Shown piece by piece: positions 50,101 to 54,191 of a DNA stretch of 54,191 nt. This DNA comes from Octopus bimaculoides (Eukaryota), in the NCBI RefSeq assembly GCF_001194135.2, contig NC_069003.1, positions 36,429,154 through 36,483,344 of the forward strand, read 5' to 3'. Every line of letters starts with the position of its first letter. Within the stretch, counting starts at the first letter, position 1. The translations under genes and the position numbers were made by a program. Below the pieces are notes generated by a model, which was given only the letters and a program-made list of their open reading frames with translations, was not told the origin of the DNA and searched no databases.

Positions 50101-52279
50101 AAGAACTCTTTTAACTGTCATTAAATAACATCAACTCCACTGGATGGGATACATTTTGAAAAGGATTCAAAAACGCCCAAATAGATCTGGATTCGAAGAA
50201 TCTCATCTCTCATGAAGTGCACCTGAGAAGCACTTTTGTGACTCCATCAAGAAGACCATGTCTTTATTTAACATCTAGCCTAACAATTGGGAAACCCCAG
50301 CTGAGAACGGTAAGAAGTGGAGGCAAGCATGCAGAGACGGGGTTGTTGCTGCAGATCACATTTCATACATCAACAAATTGAAGCGGAAAGAAGCTGAATA
50401 AAGAAAAGAACTCAATAGTAGGCCAGTGAGTCATCTCAAATATTGGAAGGTACATCATCATCATTTAACATTTGTTGTCCTTGCTGGCATGGGTTGGACG
50501 GTGTGACCAGAGCTGGGGAGCTGGACCAGGTTCCAGTCTGATTTGGCATGGTTTCCACAGCTGGATGCCCTTCCAAATGCCAACCACTTTACACAATGTG
50601 CTGGGTGCTTTTGTGTTGCCACACAGGCCCTTTTATGTGGCACCACCACAAGTAATTTAAACAACCGGAAGGAATGGTCTTAAAACTTCTGCTGTGGAGT
50701 ACAGTCGTGGAAAATGTCAACAGAATCAATGAGGAGATTTTTCAAAACATTGTTAGCACTGAAGAATTCTATCCAATGCTGGTCAGGAGCCATGTGACTT
50801 GTGAGAAACGAGAAGACAAAGAGAGGACAGGAAACAGTAATAAGGAAACAAGGTCATTAAAAACTCAATGGCTTGAATATTTCTTTATTGTCCCTACTTT
50901 GTCTTGTGTGTGTTATATTAAGCAAACCTTTCTATTTCCTCTCTTTTGCCATTCTTGTCCTTTCTTTGTAAGAGTAGAAAATATGTTAATTTGTATTTTA
51001 GGTGAAATGATTTTCCCGTTTCCCGAGATTGTTGGCTCCATTTTGTTTCTATCCTCCATTATATGTGACTGCATGGTTACAGTGTTGGGTGGACAATCGT
51101 AAGTTTGAGGGTTTGATTCCTGGATTGGACAGTATGCTGTGTCCTTGAGCAAGCATGGAAGAGTGAATGTTAAGACAATGATTATGATGACGACGACAAG
51201 AAAATTGTCATCCATTTGTATGCAATAGATTTTGAAATTCAAATTCATTGAACACATATATGTAACAACCAGAATCAAATGTTCACAGAATTAACAGAAA
51301 TTCTGCAATTTTTTTGTTTTACAGACGTTCCATTGATGGAATATATCTTTTTGTTGAGGTTTGTTCTGACAGATGGCCATTATTTTCTCATTGCCAACCT
51401 TTGGAGGGACGAAGCTGTAAGTTGCCTTTACACTTTTTAGTTTGATCACTACATTGATAAATGGGATGAATGTATTGAAACAGATACCTTTGAAAAAAAA
51501 TGAAAATTACTGATGCTACTTTGACTTTCGATTCCATCTTGACCAATATTGTATTGTAGCAAGATAGCAGCATGGGTTGGATGGTTTGACCAGAGCTTAC
51601 AAGCTGGGGCACTGTACCAGGCTTCAGTCTGATTTGGCATGGTCTCTATGGCTCGATGCCCTTCCTAACACCAACCACTTTACAGTGTGTGCTGGGTGCT
51701 TTTAATGTGGCACTGGCACAGGACTCTTGCTGGCTAATCCTCTCCTCCACCGGGGGTGGGGGCTTAACACGTCTGCTGTGCAGGACGAGTCTTCTTGAGT
51801 CCAGCAAGGCACCAGATATTTCAGCCCTTTGTCATCTTGTCTGAGAGGTTCAGTGTCCTGAGGTCGTCCTTCAGTATTTTGTCCCCTCTGGGTCTCCCTC
51901 TTCCACGAGTTCCATCCGCTTTGAGAGTTCAGCACTTCTTTATGGGATTGTTACAGCACATAAATACACTGCAACATAATTACTTTTCCTCAACAGACCC
52001 TTCCCTGTTTAACATTATCCCAAAACAAATTTACCTTTTTGCTTCTGTTCTTTATAATTGAATATTTTAATATTTCAGGTGAAATTCTTCAGACAAATAA
52101 CCCCATTGGAATTTATATCAGATGCAAATGTTGTGAATAAAGTTAGAAGCTGCTTGGCGAGAATTCATTCACGTCGTATGAAGAATAAGAATAAGACACT
52201 GATTGAATGCTGCATCAAATCCTTTCATGGACATAGATCTGCTGTCTGTTATGAAATGTTTGATACTTTTCTTTCCTAA
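31048..52279 (+). CDS. POT1: Protection of telomeres 1 (shelterin ssDNA-binding OB-fold protein), 13 coding exons, about 583 aa
   Basis: Exons: 31048-31080 (inferred start exon [11 protein letters not shown], less certain), 35768-35879, 37121-37260, 37938-38078, 39127-39237, 41718-41791, 43159-43294, 44967-45255, 47544-47699, 48549-48711, 49174-49277, 51325-51416, 52079-52279 (TAA). Junctions are GT-AG and phases match. POT1 motifs: [82 protein letters not shown]...CPYC, ECCIKSF...CYEMFDT. The 5' part of exon 49174-49277 should be rechecked for an open frame. Confidence 0.92.
31557..31654. mobile_element. 98-bp MITE with 25-bp TIRs, 9-bp TSD and degenerate (CCCTAA)n core
   Basis: Left TIR GGCGAAGGTAAAGATTATGTACACC (31557-31581) versus right TIR 31630-31654, 22/25 complementary. 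TTCTTTGTC is duplicated at 31548-31556 and 31655-31663. The core contains ACCCTAATCCTAACCCCTAACC. Confidence 0.85.
35500..35645 (+). mobile_element. SINE 3' domain (GGTACTTATTT..TGACCC.GAA.G.ATGAAAGG.AAAGT.GAC.TC)
   Basis: Recurs at about 2350-2460 and 43355-43490, and inverted at about 41920-42060. Confidence 0.7.
36434..36809 (-). repeat. Composite RTE-RT fragment plus SINE/LINE tail, duplicated at 39485-39860
   Basis: Two 376-bp direct copies with few differences and the same internal junction. The RT piece translates [19 protein letters not shown]. Confidence 0.85.
40790..40945 (-). mobile_element. RTE LINE C-terminal fragment
   Basis: Translates [40 protein letters not shown] further decayed copy lies at about 51825-51950. 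Confidence 0.75.
41333..41492. repeat. 43-bp minisatellite, about 3.7 copies
   Basis: The unit TACATGGTTACCTCAGTTGGAAAGGACTGAAGTAGTGAAGTAG starts at 41333, 41376, 41419 and 41462. Confidence 0.95.
45690..45836. repeat. (TA)n / ATATGC compound microsatellite
   Basis: Directly visible. Other microsatellites: AG about 3400-3475, TG about 3770-3798, TAC about 9581-9608, TA about 14539-14572, 15170-15200 and 45308-45344, CA 47101-47129. Confidence 0.95.
46236..46759 (+). mobile_element. Penelope-like element reverse transcriptase fragment (frameshifted, gap-bounded)
   Basis: [62 protein letters not shown] and [17 protein letters not shown] are PLE RT motifs. The frame changes near 46415. Confidence 0.92.
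49580..50400 (+). mobile_element. Decayed RTE/BovB-like LINE fragment
   Basis: Broken translation ...QLHWMGYI...[37 protein letters not shown]... resembles the RTE C-terminus, with many stops. Confidence 0.6.
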
Positions 52280-53873
52280 CTGATAGGAAGCAGTGGTTGT
52301 TCCATTGCGTCATTAATTAATGAGGATCACCTGAACCCAGAAGAGAACATTCCAAGCTAATGTATAAAAAAAAAAGAAGTCAGCTTGCTTTGCAATCATG
52401 TGGTTTTCAGTTCAGTCCCAATGCACAGCATCTTAGGCAAATGTCTTCTATGTTCCCAGCCTGACCAATGTGGATAAACGATTGGTTCCCTCTTTCATTT
52501 TCCTCATTATAAACACTGACAATTCCTTTTTATGACAATGTTCTTCAGAAATATTTGGATTCCAGTTGAACGAAATCTCTCTTCAGAAACTGGTTTTTTA
52601 AAACCAAATGACAAGAAATACTTGATCATACTCATTGACTATATTTATCCTGTTTTGGTATTGGACTGTGGCCATGCTGGGGCACAACCTTGACAGATTG
52701 TCATTCAAATGACTATCAGTCAGGCACCAGGATTGATGTGATTGGCTCCTTTTGCCTCCCACAACTACTGGCCTTTTACCAAGATTAGAATTATTAAGTG
52801 TTTGAAACAGGAATATTAATGGAAGGATTTTAATTTTGTTCACTAAGGGCAGTTTTAAGTGTCTTAAGGGTTAAAGATAAGGGTCATGTTGCTTAGTCAG
52901 AAATAAAGAAAAAAAAATTTTTATGTTTTTTTCTTTCTGAGATTTATTGTTTATTGATACATAAAATTGACTATGTCCACCAAACATTGTGAACATATTA
53001 TTCAGGAACAAGTAGATTTAGTATATTGAAAGAAAATTTCACTCTTTCATTCATATCTTGTGAGAGAGAGAGCGTAACTAGTATTTTTGATTTCCACTTT
53101 CAAAATGCACATGATCAACTTGCATGAATTTCAGGTGTGTGTGTGTGTGTGTGTATATACACACACACACACTACTATGTAACTATGTTTTACAATTTGA
53201 GGGGGTGATGTCCTGTAGTTTTGTTGAAGCTGCTTTCAGCTTGAATAGAGTAATGTCTCACCTCAGATCAAAGGTACAAATAGAGTCCCAACAGAACAAA
53301 TCAATATATCCAGGAACCAATACCTTACAATTACAAGATGCCAAACTATTCCTTTGTCACTTTGCTAACATGCATTCAAAATTGATATTTACTCATTGCA
53401 ATTTTACTTAAACTAGAATTAGCTTTGCCTATTTGCTTCGATTCAAAGTACTTCATGCAAATATCTAGACATTTCCTGAAGTGAGATTATTTTGAATTTG
53501 TCCTTTATAGAAAAGCCAGTTGAGAATAGGATTTCTGCCACAGCATCCAGCATGGCTTTCGTTGTGTCAATGGATCAGGTCTTTTCTTTAAGATAACCGG
53601 CACATTGAACCGTCTTCGACTGAAATGGTTAGATATCTGCAGTTGAGCCGACATTTTGCCATTTAGACTTTTCTTAGTCCATCGAACATGTCCAGTGAGA
53701 TTCAGTAAACTACCTGTAAAGCAAGAGAAAGAGATTTTAAAGTCATTAAACAAAAGTAATACAATCTTTTCTTTGTGTCAAGAATTTAGAAACAAGATTT
53801 TAGACACGAAATTATAATTTAATATCTTTTTATAAATATATACACATGTGGATGTCGTGAAATCCAACCGGCT

Positions 53874-54191
53874 TTCGCTATTTAAATTAGCTTTTCAAGG
53901 GACATTGTACAGTAATCGGTTCTCGTGACAGCGGGCAGTACAAGAACACCTGAACAAGGAAAACCTGTTCATACAAAAAAGTACAGACCACACCGCAATA
54001 TACAACTTTGACCGATTAAAAAAATTCTACTAAGGAGCCAGTTGTCCCCCTTGCCACCAGTTGCTTCCCTTGGTTCACTCACTAAACTCCACATTCTCCT
54101 TATTCTTCAAACACCCAGAATGACGAAACCCCTCCGTCACGAGAACCGATTACTGTACAATGTCCCTTGAAAAGCTGATTTAAATAGCGAA
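53874..54191. mobile_element. MITE / non-autonomous DNA transposon with long TIRs, running off the window end
   Basis: 53874-53929 and 54136-54191 are reverse complements at 55/56 positions. The interior of about 206 bp has no evident coding capacity. Confidence 0.85.

Noticed and set aside
50674-51102. 142-aa plus-strand ORF as a missing POT1 exon
   Set aside because: No POT1-like motifs or good acceptor, it starts directly after a SINE, and the flanking exons already join in phase.

Overview
AT-rich, microsatellite-rich animal scaffold with several N-gaps. The repeat families (GAT-tailed RTE/SINE copies, tRNA-derived SINEs) suggest an octopus or related cephalopod; this is inference. Three spliced housekeeping genes can be assembled by eye with GT-AG junctions and matching phases. 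POLE4 is on the minus strand (ATG 15832, terminal exon unresolved). METAP2 is on the minus strand (12 exons, 29712 to 19632, 496 aa). POT1 is on the plus strand (13 coding exons, 31048 to 52279, about 583 aa) and sits head-to-head with METAP2. Introns and intergenic DNA carry RTE, Penelope, R4-like and Merlin remnants, SINEs and MITEs. Three observations stand out. First, the POT1 C-terminal OB fold appears to lack the Holliday-junction-resolvase-like insertion of vertebrate POT1. Second, a 98-bp MITE with 25-bp TIRs, a perfect 9-bp TSD and a degenerate telomere-repeat core lies inside a POT1 intron. Third, a minimal hammerhead-ribozyme core sits inside a 120-bp hairpin element between METAP2 and POLE4. 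All alignments and CpG remarks were made by eye; nothing was computed or searched.
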